From Staphylothermus hellenicus DSM 12710 (GTDB lineage Archaea; Thermoproteota; Thermoprotei_A; Sulfolobales; Desulfurococcaceae), in the NCBI RefSeq assembly GCF_000092465.1, contig NC_014205.1, forward strand, positions 630,001-662,000: 32,000 nt of DNA. The letters run 5' to 3'. A model generated the notes under the pieces. The model had not been told where the DNA came from. It made no database searches and saw only the letters and a list, made by a program, of their open reading frames with translations. Every line of letters starts with the position of its first letter. Position 1 is the first letter of the stretch. This document shows, one piece after another, positions 1-10,535 of the stretch. A program made the position numbers and the translations under genes.

Positions 1-162
1 ATAGTTGGAGAATCTGGTTGGCGATTTATAGAAGTAGATAAACTGGAGAAAACAGCGTCGGGGAATTATAAGGTATCACCAGACATGTTGGTTAAATCAT
101 TTAAACTAGGCGATCTAGTATCGTTTGTTCAGGGGAATAAGAGGATCGACGAATATATTTAG
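1..162 (+). CDS. 3' end of an ORF entering from the left edge (53 codons, unknown function)
   Basis: Frame 1 is open from nt 1 to TAG at 160-162 (..GNYKVSPDMLVKSFKLGDLVSFVQGNKRIDEYI*). No recognisable motif. Confidence 0.3.
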   Translation: MVGESGWRFIEVDKLEKTASGNYKVSPDMLVKSFKLGDLVSFVQGNKRIDEYI

Positions 163-389
163 AAGCTTTTAGCTAGCTCTAAGAACTTCTTGGATAAGTC
201 CTCTAAATTATTAAGGTTTAATCTAGCAGCCAAATATAGTCTTTTCATCTTAGGAACAACGGCTATATGATCAATAATTAACGGGTTTTCAAGGCCTTTA
301 ACAAAATTCAATATTTTCTCGAGTAATGAGCGATGAGTATATATTAAATAATAGCTTTTGCCCCCGATCTTTATGTTTTCTACCCGCAT
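159..389 (-). CDS. Hypothetical small protein (76 aa)
   Basis: ATG-initiated ORF with no in-frame alternative start upstream. No clear SD and no motif recognised. Its stop overlaps the stop of the 1-162 ORF (TTAG). Confidence 0.35.
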   Translation of the reverse strand: MRVENIKIGGKSYYLIYTHRSLLEKILNFVKGLENPLIIDHIAVVPKMKRLYLAARLNLNNLEDLSKKFLELAKSF

Positions 390-705
390 CTTCTCAATTC
401 CATGAATACTATGTTTTATTTGATTCTCCGGGAAAGTTTTTTGTCTTTAGAATAATTAATTACCATGAATATTTTATCTTATCTATTAATTCCTCTAGAT
501 CTCTAGGTTCTCTTGGAAAATATGGGATCTCGACAAATTTTTCGCTGGGAAACTTGTTCCGTGCTAAACTTGGTGCTTCTTCTTGATCTGTATTATATGG
601 TTATTCTCCTAACATAAATAACTTTTTTATTCTATTATTTAGTGAAAACTAGTGGATCAATTGAGGAAGTAATGAATTCTTAGTATGAATAGGGTTGTAT
701 TTATA

Positions 706-2241
706 TTATGCTATTCTTATTCTTATCGGCACATTATATCTATCCTCAATTTTTCTAAGTCTTCTTATCTTTTTATTATAGGTTTTAATAAGATTTCTCG
801 GAATAATTACTAAGATGCCATTGTTTTCCACTCTTATCTCGGCTCGTGGAAGCATTCTTTGTATTCTGCGAGCCAATCTGTCGAGTAGTCCTAGTCCTGC
901 TTTTTCATAGAATTTCTTGACTGGGACAACTACTGTTTGCTCGCCAAAAGTGTATATTTCGTATTCTAGCTCATCTGTTAAAAAGTCTCTTACCTCAACA
1001 ACCGGTCTACTTAGCTCAGCTTCTTTCAGCCCTGTTGGCAGTTTAACAGTCATTTTCACCTCATATACTTTGTCTACATAGCCGTTTTTGATGAATATAA
1101 CAGTATCTATTAGGCTCGGAATCATTCCTAGTTCTACTCTTCCAATAAACCTCTGAATTGCATCTATAGGTGTTGTTGCATGTACTACTCCAATCATTCC
1201 TATGCCTGCCAGTCTTAGATCCGAATATAGTTTGAAGTCTTCATCACTACGCATCTCATCGAATACTGTATAATCCGGTCTTGATAGGAGGAGTATATCA
1301 TGCAGTTCTCCTAGGTCAGCATAGTTCTTACTATACTGAGTTATCCCTGGGGGGAGATTCATGTCACGCGGCGACTCTATTGTTTTAACAACTTTTCCTT
1401 GTTTCATATAGTATTCTGCAAGTGCTTGTGCAAATGTCGTCTTACCCATTCCAGGGGCTCCAGCTATAAGTATTCCTTCAGCTCTCTCATTCAACCTCTG
1501 AATGAGTTTAGCAGGTAAATTATAGTCTTCTAAACTAAGTTTTTTAAGTGGGCGAACAGCTGTTATCTCCCACCCATCACTTAGTGGTGGACGCGTAATT
1601 ATGATCCTATATGTTCCGAGCTGTACTATGGTTGATCCAAAACGATCGATCTCTATGAAACCATCAGGCCTGCTCTTCGCCTGCTCAATAATATTATTGG
1701 CAATCTCCTCTAAGTCCCTACGGGTTAATGGTTTGTCATGGATGGTCTCATATACCCAATCACCAGGCCTACCCTTCTTAGCAATAGGTGGAACCCCTTC
1801 TTTCAAATGAACACTCATAGTTATATTGTCGAAGAACTCTTCTAGAACCAAACGAGTTTTTATAGATGGCTGAATAAAAATTACCTGCATACCCATGGTT
1901 TCAGCAACTTCAGCTTGAACCTTATCACCTGTTATAAGTGTTGCACCAAGCTCATAAGCATAGTCTCTAATCATCGCATCAATAGCTTCTGATCCGAGAT
2001 TTTTAATATCGATTGTTTTAGGCTTCTCACCGCTTATTTCAACTCTAATAATACCCTTACTGGAAAGTTTTCTTAGCCTCTTAATTTCCTCTAAACCAGC
2101 AAACCCTGTAGCTCTACCCTTATTTGCCTGATGCTCTAACTCGGCAATACTTGCTCTATGAATGATTATTCTCCCCCTTACCCTTCCCTCACGGACAAGC
2201 CTACTAACAGCTCCCTCAACCAAAGCACTAGTATCAGGCAC
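706..2241 (-). CDS. PIN-domain / P-loop ATPase / KH-domain protein (COG1855-type, 'PilT-family ATPase')
   Basis: N-terminal VPDTSALVEG PIN-like start, Walker A GAPGMGKTT, Walker B-like TVFDEMR, basic KH-like C-terminus. The ORF track starts at TTG 2283. I prefer GTG 2241, which has GAGGAA 6 nt upstream. Confidence 0.8.
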   Translation of the reverse strand: MPDTSALVEGAVSRLVREGRVRGRIIIHRASIAELEHQANKGRATGFAGLEEIKRLRKLSSKGIIRVEISGEKPKTIDIKNLGSEAIDAMIRDYAYELGATLITGDKVQAEVAETMGMQVIFIQPSIKTRLVLEEFFDNITMSVHLKEGVPPIAKKGRPGDWVYETIHDKPLTRRDLEEIANNIIEQAKSRPDGFIEIDRFGSTIVQLGTYRIIITRPPLSDGWEITAVRPLKKLSLEDYNLPAKLIQRLNERAEGILIAGAPGMGKTTFAQALAEYYMKQGKVVKTIESPRDMNLPPGITQYSKNYADLGELHDILLLSRPDYTVFDEMRSDEDFKLYSDLRLAGIGMIGVVHATTPIDAIQRFIGRVELGMIPSLIDTVIFIKNGYVDKVYEVKMTVKLPTGLKEAELSRPVVEVRDFLTDELEYEIYTFGEQTVVVPVKKFYEKAGLGLLDRLARRIQRMLPRAEIRVENNGILVIIPRNLIKTYNKKIRRLRKIEDRYNVPIRIRIA

Positions 2242-2470
2242 ATATACTTCCTCACTCGGTATTCCCAGAGACAAATCGATCAATACCCCAATTTTTCCCT
2301 TATATCAAATACCACATTAAAATATACCCTAATATACCTATTAATAAATGAATAAAAAATGCGCAATCTTAATGCTTATAGATTTATTAAATAAATAACC
2401 ATTTTTATAAGGTACTAGAAATACTATTTATACAAAACCAAAACTCTATCTTAGAGGTGCGCAGTATTCT

Positions 2471-3895
2471 ATGAGGAGTAGTCTAGGTATTCTTGTATCT
2501 GTGTTAATCTTATCAATAATTCTGTTCACGCCATCGTTTACATTAAACACAACTTATACAGCAGACAACCAGGAAATAACTCCATTATATAATGCGACAA
2601 GATGGAGCATCCCGGACACCTTGCCCTGGTACCCAATAGTTGTAATGGGAGATAATAGACCACCAAATACACACGACATAAGCCCGCCAGAGATATTCTA
2701 TGATATAGTCAATGAATCTGCACAAATATATCCGGTAGCATTTATAGGGACAGGAGACCATGTAGGTATTGGATCAAAGGAGCAATACGAAAGATTTTAC
2801 TGGATACTCAAAAACTCCAGCATACAGAATATTTGGCTCGCAATAGGAAATCATGATCTTGAACTTCACAGTGAATCAATGAATTATTGGCTAACATATT
2901 TTGGACCTGAATATATGTATATAGATGACATTCCCAACTGGAGAATAGCCATCATTAATAGTGAGACAAGATTATCTATGAACTGGAAAAAACAAATACT
3001 AGATGCCTATAGCGACTTAGGTAATAGATCTTTGATCTTTGTATTTCATAGACCAATATTTCCTAAGGTTAACCATAATCTCGATACTGAGAGATCAAGC
3101 ATCTTCATGAACATCATCAAAGATAAAGACCGGGTAAAACTAGTTTTGCAGGGACACTATCATGGCTGGGGAATGCAGGTTAAAAACAATATTACATGGA
3201 TAATAACTGGAGGAGCAGGCGCCCCACTATACTCATATGCTAACAATATCATAAAGCCGAATCTTGAGATTATTAACCATCAATACCACTATATGATCTT
3301 GATCCTATATCCTAATCAGACATTTACCTATATACCTGTAAAGGTGGGACCTGGTAGTGGTGAGTTAAAAGCTGAGAAAATTAATGATACAGCCTACTTG
3401 ATCCATAACAGTAAATTAACTATCTACAATACATCCGCGAGTATGCCGGTAAGAGTAACCTATAATTTATCCATAGGCACACTTTACGTACAATTATTAG
3501 CGCTACCAAATAGTAGTACAATCATTAACTTAGAAGACACTGGAGAGAAATACATTATTAAATCAAATGCAACCAGTTGGTATGCATACCTCTACAATGA
3601 GACAGATCCCGATTATTCACCTATTTATGAACCACAAAATAACATTATAGAACTAAAGTATATTGCTCCAATTACAACTATAACATCTACAACGATATCT
3701 ACTACCCATCCTTCAACAACTACTATAGCAACCACTATAACAAGTACACCTACAGCTATACAACAACCCATGGGAACAACTAGTACACAAACCCCTAGTG
3801 GTGGAGAAGGTGGAGAACAATATCTCTTATACATTACAGTAGTAATAGTAGTGATAGTTATAGGAGTAGCAGGTTATTTATTGATAAAAAAATAA
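2471..3895 (+). CDS. Cell-surface calcineurin-like metallophosphoesterase with Thr-rich stalk and C-terminal membrane anchor
   Basis: N-terminal signal/TM segment. Phosphoesterase motifs GDNRP, GDHVG, GNHD, GHYHG. Many N-x-S/T sequons. Thr/Ser-rich linker (TTITSTTISTTHPSTTTIATTITSTPT) followed by a hydrophobic C-terminal helix plus KK. GAGGTG upstream of the ATG. Confidence 0.8.
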   Translation: MRSSLGILVSVLILSIILFTPSFTLNTTYTADNQEITPLYNATRWSIPDTLPWYPIVVMGDNRPPNTHDISPPEIFYDIVNESAQIYPVAFIGTGDHVGIGSKEQYERFYWILKNSSIQNIWLAIGNHDLELHSESMNYWLTYFGPEYMYIDDIPNWRIAIINSETRLSMNWKKQILDAYSDLGNRSLIFVFHRPIFPKVNHNLDTERSSIFMNIIKDKDRVKLVLQGHYHGWGMQVKNNITWIITGGAGAPLYSYANNIIKPNLEIINHQYHYMILILYPNQTFTYIPVKVGPGSGELKAEKINDTAYLIHNSKLTIYNTSASMPVRVTYNLSIGTLYVQLLALPNSSTIINLEDTGEKYIIKSNATSWYAYLYNETDPDYSPIYEPQNNIIELKYIAPITTITSTTISTTHPSTTTIATTITSTPTAIQQPMGTTSTQTPSGGEGGEQYLLYITVVIVVIVIGVAGYLLIKK

Positions 3896-3901
3896 ATGTT
3901 T

Positions 3902-5233
3902 TTACTCTATTTTAGCCTTGGCTTTTTCTAGGAATTCATCTATAAGCTCCTCGATGCTGGGTCCTTCAACAATTTTTACTCTGAATGATACTCTTACAAT
4001 GGGCTTGTTTATCTTGATCAATCTTGTTATGTCGCTTGGAGTTCCTAGTATAACCGTATCTGCTGGTACACGATTTATTGTTTCCTCGAGCTCTTTCAAC
4101 TGCTCCTTTGTATAGCCTGTGCTTGGAAGAACTGGGCCCATATGTGGATATTCACTATATATTTTCTTGAAGAATTCTGTAGCATATGGTCTAGGATCAA
4201 CGGGTTCTCCGCCATACTTCTTTGCTGCAACATAGCCGGCAGCATATGGTGCTCCTCCATGTGTAACTGTTGGGGAATCTTCAATAACAAGTACTCTTTT
4301 TCCTTCCACAAGCTCAGGCTTATCAACTGCTACCTCGCTTTCAGCCAATGATATTTTTGCTTTAGGATTGACTTCTACTATATTCTTTTTAATTGTATCC
4401 ACTGCTCCTGGTTTTGCTTGGTCAACCTTGTTAATAATTACTGCATCGGCTAGTTTCAAATTGACTTCTCCCGGGAAGCTCTTAACCTCTATACCTGGTC
4501 TTAAAGCATCTGCAACTGTTATCATATAGTCTGGTCTATAGAATGGCCAATCATTGTTGCCTCCATCCCATAAAATAATATTATTTTCCTTTTCCACAAT
4601 CCTTAATAATTTACCATAATCTACTCCAGCATAAACAGGCAGTCCCATACGTATATAGTGTTCATATTCTTCTCTCTCCTCTATCGTTGCTTTATACTTG
4701 TCTAGATCCTCGAATGTCTTAAATTTCTGAACAACCATTTCTTCTAAATTGCCGTATGGCATTGGATGCCTTACAACGCCTACACGGAACCCCTTATTCA
4801 CCAGTATCCCGGCAATTTCTCGTGAAACACTGCTTTTCCCTGCACCTGTTTTTACGCCTGTTACAGCGATTACTGGTCTAGATGATTCAATCATTGTCTC
4901 CTTAGGCCCCATAATTTTAAAGTCGAGACCGAGACCTACGACTCTGCTCAGAACTCTTCCCAGCTCTTCATATGTTAAATCACTATAGCTTAGAAATGCT
5001 TCCTCCACATTATATGCTTTGACAACTTCTTCTAGATACTCCATGCTAAGTATTGGTATGCCGTCCGGATATAGTTCTCCGGCTAAGGCTGGAGGATATC
5101 GTCGACCAGCTATACCGGGAATCTGGGTTTGAAGAAATGCTACTACTCTATACTCGGGATTGTTTCTGAATACTACATTGAAATTATGGAAGTCTCTTCC
5201 AGCTGCACCTAAGATAACTATTTTCTTAACCAT
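3902..5233 (-). CDS. COG2403-family P-loop protein (annotated in databases as predicted GTPase or cyclic 2,3-diphosphoglycerate synthetase-like)
   Basis: N-terminus KIVILGAAGRDFHNFN and internal P-loop GVKTGAGKSS are typical of this family. ATG at 5233 has GGTGAT 5 nt upstream. The ORF track extends to 5275. Confidence 0.65.
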   Translation of the reverse strand: MVKKIVILGAAGRDFHNFNVVFRNNPEYRVVAFLQTQIPGIAGRRYPPALAGELYPDGIPILSMEYLEEVVKAYNVEEAFLSYSDLTYEELGRVLSRVVGLGLDFKIMGPKETMIESSRPVIAVTGVKTGAGKSSVSREIAGILVNKGFRVGVVRHPMPYGNLEEMVVQKFKTFEDLDKYKATIEEREEYEHYIRMGLPVYAGVDYGKLLRIVEKENNIILWDGGNNDWPFYRPDYMITVADALRPGIEVKSFPGEVNLKLADAVIINKVDQAKPGAVDTIKKNIVEVNPKAKISLAESEVAVDKPELVEGKRVLVIEDSPTVTHGGAPYAAGYVAAKKYGGEPVDPRPYATEFFKKIYSEYPHMGPVLPSTGYTKEQLKELEETINRVPADTVILGTPSDITRLIKINKPIVRVSFRVKIVEGPSIEELIDEFLEKAKAKIE

Positions 5234-5412
5234 ACGTATCACCTTGGTCGGGGTATTAATTAGAATTGCATACATTTAGGATTATGAAGATAGAGGAATA
5301 AATAGTATACGATTATCCGTGTTGAGGACTGACGAGTTAATTTAGTAGAGAAGAAGTAAAAGGAATTATAAAAACAATATTTATATATTGTTTATATGGG
5401 AGTTAGTTGGTT

Positions 5413-7917
5413 TTAAAACCCTAATTCTAGCTTATTTAGTTTATCCATGATCTTATTTAGTCTCTTTAACATGATTTTCCTCTCAATACTGGCTACCAGT
5501 CTCCTTGTAGCGATTACTGCATCGGGATTAACGCTGATACTGTCTATTCCTGCTTCAACGAGGAATTCAACTATTTCTGGATATACACTTGGTGCTTGTC
5601 CACAAATGCTCACAGTTGCTCCTTTACTGTGGGCTTTCTCTATTATCATCTTTATGCCTGCTAGAACTGCCGGGTCTCTCTCGTCAAAATATCCCATTTC
5701 CGCTAATACGTTGTTGTCACGGTCTGCTCCAAGTATTAATTGTGTTAAATCATTGCTTCCTATACTAAATCCATCAACGTACTCTGCGAATTTATCTGCT
5801 AATAATGCTATGCTTGGAACTTCAGCCATTGCCCATACTTTGAAGTCTTTGCCCCTCTTAAGTCCCTCTTCCTCCATGATTTTTAGTGCTCTTTCCAGCT
5901 CCCATGTTGTTCTAACGAATGGGAACATTACCCATACATTGGTTAATCCCATTTCTTCACGTACTTTCTTAATTGCCCGGACCTCTAATCTGAATGCCGG
6001 CTCGTACTTTGGATGAATGTATCTACTAACTCCTCTCCATCCAATCATTGGGTTTCTTTCTTCGGGCTCATATTTCTCTCCGCCTTTTAATCCACGATAC
6101 TCGTTTGTCTTGAAGTCACTGAATCTCACAACTACTGGTCTCGGATAAATTGCTTGTGCAACCTTAGCTATTCCTTCTGCTAGTTTGTCGATGAACAAGT
6201 TTTCTCTGCCTTGCTCAATTAGATATAATGGGTGATATTGTACCCAGTCGGTAATTATGAATTCTATTCTCATTAATCCTATTCCATCAAATGGTAGATC
6301 CTTATATTTCTCAATAGCGTCTGGCTCGCCTAGGTTCATATAGATCTTTGTAGCTGTTACTGGATATAATGGTAGTAATTGTTCTGGACTTATACCAACA
6401 CCTGCTGCTTCCGCTTTTACCTCCTCTTTGGGTTTAACGAGATCCTCTACTATTCCTTCATATACTACTCCTCTACTACCATCAACTGTTACTTCAGTCC
6501 CAGACTTTATTGCTTGTGTAGCATTACTCGTGCCTACAATTGCAGGTATTCCTAGCTCACGACTAACGATTGCAGCATGGCTTGTCATTCCTCCCTCGTC
6601 CGTAACTATTGCAGCTGCTTTCTTCATTAATGGTACCCAGTCAGGATCGGTCATCTTCGTTACCAGTACTTCTCCCTCCTTGAACCCCTGTGCTTCTTTA
6701 CTGTGTGGATCAAAGATTACTTTCGCTACACCAGCACCTACACCTGGACTAGCAGGTAATCCGCGAACTAGTACTTTGGCTTCAGATAACTTAACGATAT
6801 TCTTGCCTTTAACTTCTGCTTTCTTTTCAGCTTTTTCTTTTTCTTTCCTAACGCTCCAGACAGTTTCTGGTCTTGCTTGAACAATGAATACATTGCTTGG
6901 GAACGGCATATCATAGTCTACTGCCCATTCGATATCCATGTGTCTACCATAGTGCTTCTCGATCAGCATTGCTAATTCAGCTAATCTCTTGACTTCTTCT
7001 TCCTTCAATGCTGGCTTGTCAGGATGGAAATGCTTAACCATTTCAATATCCACTGGGCCTTCCTCGCTTATCCATGCTTGTTTGTTCTCATCCCATCTAA
7101 TCTCTACGTTTTTGCCTTTCTTAGGATCAAATACTATGGCTAGAGTTTTATGGTGAGTCTTCTGATCAACTATTTGGAGAGTTTGTTTATCAACAACCCA
7201 TTCATCAGGTGTAACTTTTCCTCCTACAACGGATTCGCCGAGGCCCCAGCTACCCTCGATAACCACTACTTTCTCGTCTCCGGTGACTGGGTGAAGTGTA
7301 AACATTACGCCTGCTGATCTACTGTTAACCATTTTCTGGACAGTAACACTCATCAGGGATTTCTCGTGGGGGATGCCTTGTGCTACACGATAGAATACTG
7401 CACGACTCGTGAATAGGCTTGCCCAGCACCTTTTAACATAGTATACAACATTGTCTTCTCCATATACGTTTAGATAGGTATCTTGCTGGCCCGCAAAGCT
7501 TGCTTCAGGCATGTCTTCTGCTGTAGCACTACTTCTAACTGCTACACGTAGTTTTTCTGGTTCCATCCCTATTTTCTTAGCTAATTCTCTATAGTAATTT
7601 CTAATCTCCTCTTCTACCTCGGGAGGCATTGGTGTATCCATTATCCATTGACGAATCTTAGCTGTTGTTTCATCTAATACTTTCTTATCATTTACATCAA
7701 TACTGTTTAGAAGCGGATAGATCTTGTCTTTTAAGCCTGTCTTCTCTATGAAGTACTTGTATGCATAAGCTGTTACAGCAAATCCTGGTGGAACGGGTAT
7801 GCCTGCCCGTATCATTTCTCCGAGATTAGCGTTTTTGCCTCCTACGAGAACTACGTCGTCCTTGGTAACTTCATCCAACCATACAACGAATCTTTTCTCC
7901 TTAGGTATATTACTCAT
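5413..7917 (-). CDS. ppsA: Phosphoenolpyruvate synthase (pyruvate, water dikinase)
   Basis: [14 protein letters not shown]-grasp N-domain, phosphohistidine loop [21 protein letters not shown]-utilising C-domain GSNDLTQL. Helical C-terminal tail [24 protein letters not shown] 7917 has GGGGTG 7 nt upstream. The ORF track start is 7932. Confidence 0.95.
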   Translation of the reverse strand: MSNIPKEKRFVVWLDEVTKDDVVLVGGKNANLGEMIRAGIPVPPGFAVTAYAYKYFIEKTGLKDKIYPLLNSIDVNDKKVLDETTAKIRQWIMDTPMPPEVEEEIRNYYRELAKKIGMEPEKLRVAVRSSATAEDMPEASFAGQQDTYLNVYGEDNVVYYVKRCWASLFTSRAVFYRVAQGIPHEKSLMSVTVQKMVNSRSAGVMFTLHPVTGDEKVVVIEGSWGLGESVVGGKVTPDEWVVDKQTLQIVDQKTHHKTLAIVFDPKKGKNVEIRWDENKQAWISEEGPVDIEMVKHFHPDKPALKEEEVKRLAELAMLIEKHYGRHMDIEWAVDYDMPFPSNVFIVQARPETVWSVRKEKEKAEKKAEVKGKNIVKLSEAKVLVRGLPASPGVGAGVAKVIFDPHSKEAQGFKEGEVLVTKMTDPDWVPLMKKAAAIVTDEGGMTSHAAIVSRELGIPAIVGTSNATQAIKSGTEVTVDGSRGVVYEGIVEDLVKPKEEVKAEAAGVGISPEQLLPLYPVTATKIYMNLGEPDAIEKYKDLPFDGIGLMRIEFIITDWVQYHPLYLIEQGRENLFIDKLAEGIAKVAQAIYPRPVVVRFSDFKTNEYRGLKGGEKYEPEERNPMIGWRGVSRYIHPKYEPAFRLEVRAIKKVREEMGLTNVWVMFPFVRTTWELERALKIMEEEGLKRGKDFKVWAMAEVPSIALLADKFAEYVDGFSIGSNDLTQLILGADRDNNVLAEMGYFDERDPAVLAGIKMIIEKAHSKGATVSICGQAPSVYPEIVEFLVEAGIDSISVNPDAVIATRRLVASIERKIMLKRLNKIMDKLNKLELGF

Positions 7918-8101
7918 ATAATTACACCCCATAAATACGGGATTTTCAGGTGTTATTTTCTTTTGTCTTTATATGAGTTAATACGTTTTTAAACCTACTG
8001 ATAATGTATGTATATCTATGTGTATGTAATGTATAGTAATATATATAGATCTGGAAAATTCTATGTATATGCAAATAAAACCAGATATTTTAGAAGAGAT
8101 A

Positions 8102-9649
8102 TTATTTCTTTTTCCTTCTACCACGCTTCCTACTAACTCTTCCTTTTAGCATTGCCCAATATAGCCAAGCTCTTCTCTTAATAGATTCCACACGTGTATG
8201 TTCTACTCCATTCATGTATGCTGCAAATCTACTTCCAGAAACCAGCTGGGATCTTATTCTAGAATCTCCTTTGGCAGCTAAGGCGAGCAGGATTGCTATG
8301 TGTAATAGTTCTTTTTCCTTGATATTCTCTTTTATGTCTTTCCAATGCTTTTCGAGAAACTTTGTGGTATGTGTTCCACTTATAAATACTGGGTGATTAA
8401 TTATTGCTTTTAAGAGGGGTATATTTGTCTGTATACCCGTAATAATGTATTCATTCAATGCTCTCTTCATTCTTCTAATAGCTTCTATTCTATTTGTTCC
8501 CCACACAATTAATTTTGAAATCAATGGATTATATTCGGTGGATACATAGCTTCCACTAGTTACTCCTGAGTCTACTCTAACACCTGGACCGGAAGGCTCA
8601 TTATATGTTCTTATTGTTCCGGGGCTAGGCATGAGTGTTATTGGGTTTTCAGCATTAATTCTAGCTTCTATGCTGTGTCCATGCATTCTGATTCTACGCT
8701 GTTTCAAAGATAATGCTCCCTCTGTGGCAATTATGATTTGTTGTTTAACTATATCTATTCCCGTAATCATTTCTGTTACTGGATGCTCTACTTGTAATCT
8801 CGCATTTATCTCCATAAAGTAGTGCTTCTTAGTTTTCATGTCAAAAAGCATTTCAACTGTGCCAGCATTAACATATTTTATAAACGAAGCAAGCTTTACA
8901 GCGTCTCCAGTAATAGTTTTTCTTAAGCTATTATTTAATATGGGTGAGGGAGCTTCCTCTACTATTTTTTGGTGACGCCTCTGCAAGCTACAGTCTCTCT
9001 CATAGAGATGAACATAGTTATCTCCATCCCCGAGTATTTGTACTTCTATATGTTTAGGATTTTCAATGTATGGTTCAACATATAGTCTCTGATCCTTGAA
9101 TGCGTTCTCAGCTTCTTTCCTAGCTTGTTCAAATAGTCTTTCAACATCCTCTTTTCTCTTCACTATTCTTATCCCCATTCCTCCGCCTCCACCAGCTGCT
9201 TTAAGTATTACTGGAAAACCATGCTCTTTTCCAAACTCTAATACTTCTTTGGGGTCATCTACAACCATCCACGGCAGAGTGGGTACTCCTGCTTTTGCAG
9301 CCATTTCCTTTGCTCTAACCTTATCACCAGCAAGCTCCATGATTTCTGGGGGTGGACCTATAAAAATAAAGCCTTTCTCAATTATTCTTTTACTAAATAA
9401 GGGGTTTTCGCTAAGAAACCCGTATCCTGGGTGTACGGCATCCGAACCTAGCTCTATTGCCGCATCAACTATTTCGTCAATGTCTAAATAACTTGGAACC
9501 TCTATATCTTCCGCCATATATTTTCTGTGAAGAGAATTCTTATCCTCTGCAGTGTATATACCTAAAGGTATAAACCCCAGCTCCTTCACGCTTCTAGCAA
9601 TTCTTACCGCGATTTCTCCTCTGTTAGCTATCAGTATTCTAAGTGTCAT
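8102..9649 (-). CDS. Biotin carboxylase subunit (acyl-CoA or pyruvate carboxylase alpha/A subunit)
   Basis: ILIANRGEIAVRI N-terminus, glycine-rich ATP-grasp loop KAAGGGGGMGIR, EMNARLQVEHPVTE. About 65-aa C-terminal extension ending in RVSRKRGRRKKK. Confidence 0.9.
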   Translation of the reverse strand: MTLRILIANRGEIAVRIARSVKELGFIPLGIYTAEDKNSLHRKYMAEDIEVPSYLDIDEIVDAAIELGSDAVHPGYGFLSENPLFSKRIIEKGFIFIGPPPEIMELAGDKVRAKEMAAKAGVPTLPWMVVDDPKEVLEFGKEHGFPVILKAAGGGGGMGIRIVKRKEDVERLFEQARKEAENAFKDQRLYVEPYIENPKHIEVQILGDGDNYVHLYERDCSLQRRHQKIVEEAPSPILNNSLRKTITGDAVKLASFIKYVNAGTVEMLFDMKTKKHYFMEINARLQVEHPVTEMITGIDIVKQQIIIATEGALSLKQRRIRMHGHSIEARINAENPITLMPSPGTIRTYNEPSGPGVRVDSGVTSGSYVSTEYNPLISKLIVWGTNRIEAIRRMKRALNEYIITGIQTNIPLLKAIINHPVFISGTHTTKFLEKHWKDIKENIKEKELLHIAILLALAAKGDSRIRSQLVSGSRFAAYMNGVEHTRVESIKRRAWLYWAMLKGRVSRKRGRRKKK

Positions 9650-9800
9650 GAATTACCCCATAATATTATCTAATCAACCAACCTACCACTTATCAACTAT
9701 TTATTTCTAATATATAATTTATCCGTATCAATAAATAAAACTCGTTATAAATGTTATTTGTTCAAACATAATTAGACAATAGTCTATGATAACTAGTATG

Positions 9801-10496
9801 CTAAAGGTAGAGAGTTTTAATATTATCCGTACTAGAAAGCAGCTTCAAGGCCTCAATTATATTATTAGATTTTTCAACATCTCTAACTATGTCTAAGTCA
9901 TCAATTGTTAAAGGTCCTGTGCGATAAATTACTAGAGTAGAACCAACGGTTTCTATAGCATGTGCTAATCCTCTATCTAGGAATAATCTAATTATTGTTT
10001 TTAAGTCTGCACGGCTAGGAATAGGAATTCTTGAAGGATGAGTATGGGAAGAAAAACATTGTGGAATACTGGGCAAAACGACGCGATCTTCTTCTCCCTC
10101 AACTAAGAAAGCCTTACCGTTAAACAGTATTCCTAGATAGAATTCTATATGGTTAACCAGAGATTTAACAGCAAGTTCTTTCATCATATAATGGAGACTC
10201 CGCTTATATTCATCGATAACCTTGTAATAGAGAGATGCTAACCCAATGTTTCCTCTACCAATATCTGCTTGTAAATCATATTTTCCTGCAAAAACATTAA
10301 TACTATCTAGGAGATCGTATCTGCAGTTACTACCTTCAACAAACACAGTGGTAGAGAATGAATTTTTGGGAAGAGATACGTAGACATTATCACATTCTGC
10401 ATCTTCTAATATGTCTTCTAAAAAATTAATAAGCCTAGAATAAAAAGCTATTAATCTGGTATTCTTGTTCTCAATTATTCTCTGGTATTTCTTCAT
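9801..10496 (-). CDS. JAB/MPN+ (JAMM) metalloprotease-domain protein with ~110-aa N-terminal extension
   Basis: Exact JAMM signature H-x-H-x7-S-x2-D (HTHPSRIPIPSRAD, nt 10005-10046), with an upstream Glu in NHIEFYLGIL. Starts 39 nt downstream of the M20 peptidase gene on the same strand. Confidence 0.7.
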   Translation of the reverse strand: MKKYQRIIENKNTRLIAFYSRLINFLEDILEDAECDNVYVSLPKNSFSTTVFVEGSNCRYDLLDSINVFAGKYDLQADIGRGNIGLASLYYKVIDEYKRSLHYMMKELAVKSLVNHIEFYLGILFNGKAFLVEGEEDRVVLPSIPQCFSSHTHPSRIPIPSRADLKTIIRLFLDRGLAHAIETVGSTLVIYRTGPLTIDDLDIVRDVEKSNNIIEALKLLSSTDNIKTLYL

Positions 10497-10535
10497 TATT
10501 TCACCAGAAAATGATTAATTTTTTATCTTTATTAT

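Noticed and set aside
326-586. 86-aa plus-strand ORF, and fragmentary minus-strand frames (e.g. ..EIPYFPREPRDLEELIDKIKYSW*) in the 390-705 spacer
   Set aside because: The plus ORF overlaps the 5' end of the 159-389 gene antisense and is low complexity. The minus-strand fragments have no start codon and no recognisable family. They may be gene debris but I cannot support that.
5284-5332. C/D-box sRNA candidate (AUGAAGA ... CUGA, 49 nt) in the spacer downstream of ppsA
   Set aside because: The length fits, but the C box is imperfect, there are no credible C' or D' boxes (GAUUAUC, UAGU) and no terminal stem, and the region is AT-rich like its surroundings.
5447-6880. Long antisense ORFs inside ppsA (5447-6016, 6428-6880). 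The same pattern occurs inside other genes (1601-1810, 3625-3834, 3918-4351, 4749-4988, 8214-9491, 10792-11421, 12396-12617, 15303-15702, 16251-17326, 18101-18322, 18654-19834, 24800-25060, 26342-26575, 27614-28029, 28574-28852, 29786-31144)
   Set aside because: All lie antisense to, or out of frame with, genes that have strong family signatures. They encode Ser/Leu/Thr/Ile-rich low-complexity peptides typical of shadow ORFs and lack SD motifs.
8003-8075. ATGTAT/TGTA-rich low-complexity tract between the biotin carboxylase stop and the ppsA start
   Set aside because: It is an imperfect, short, AT-rich microsatellite-like sequence in a promoter spacer. It has no defined repeat unit or array structure and is probably just promoter or TATA-rich DNA.
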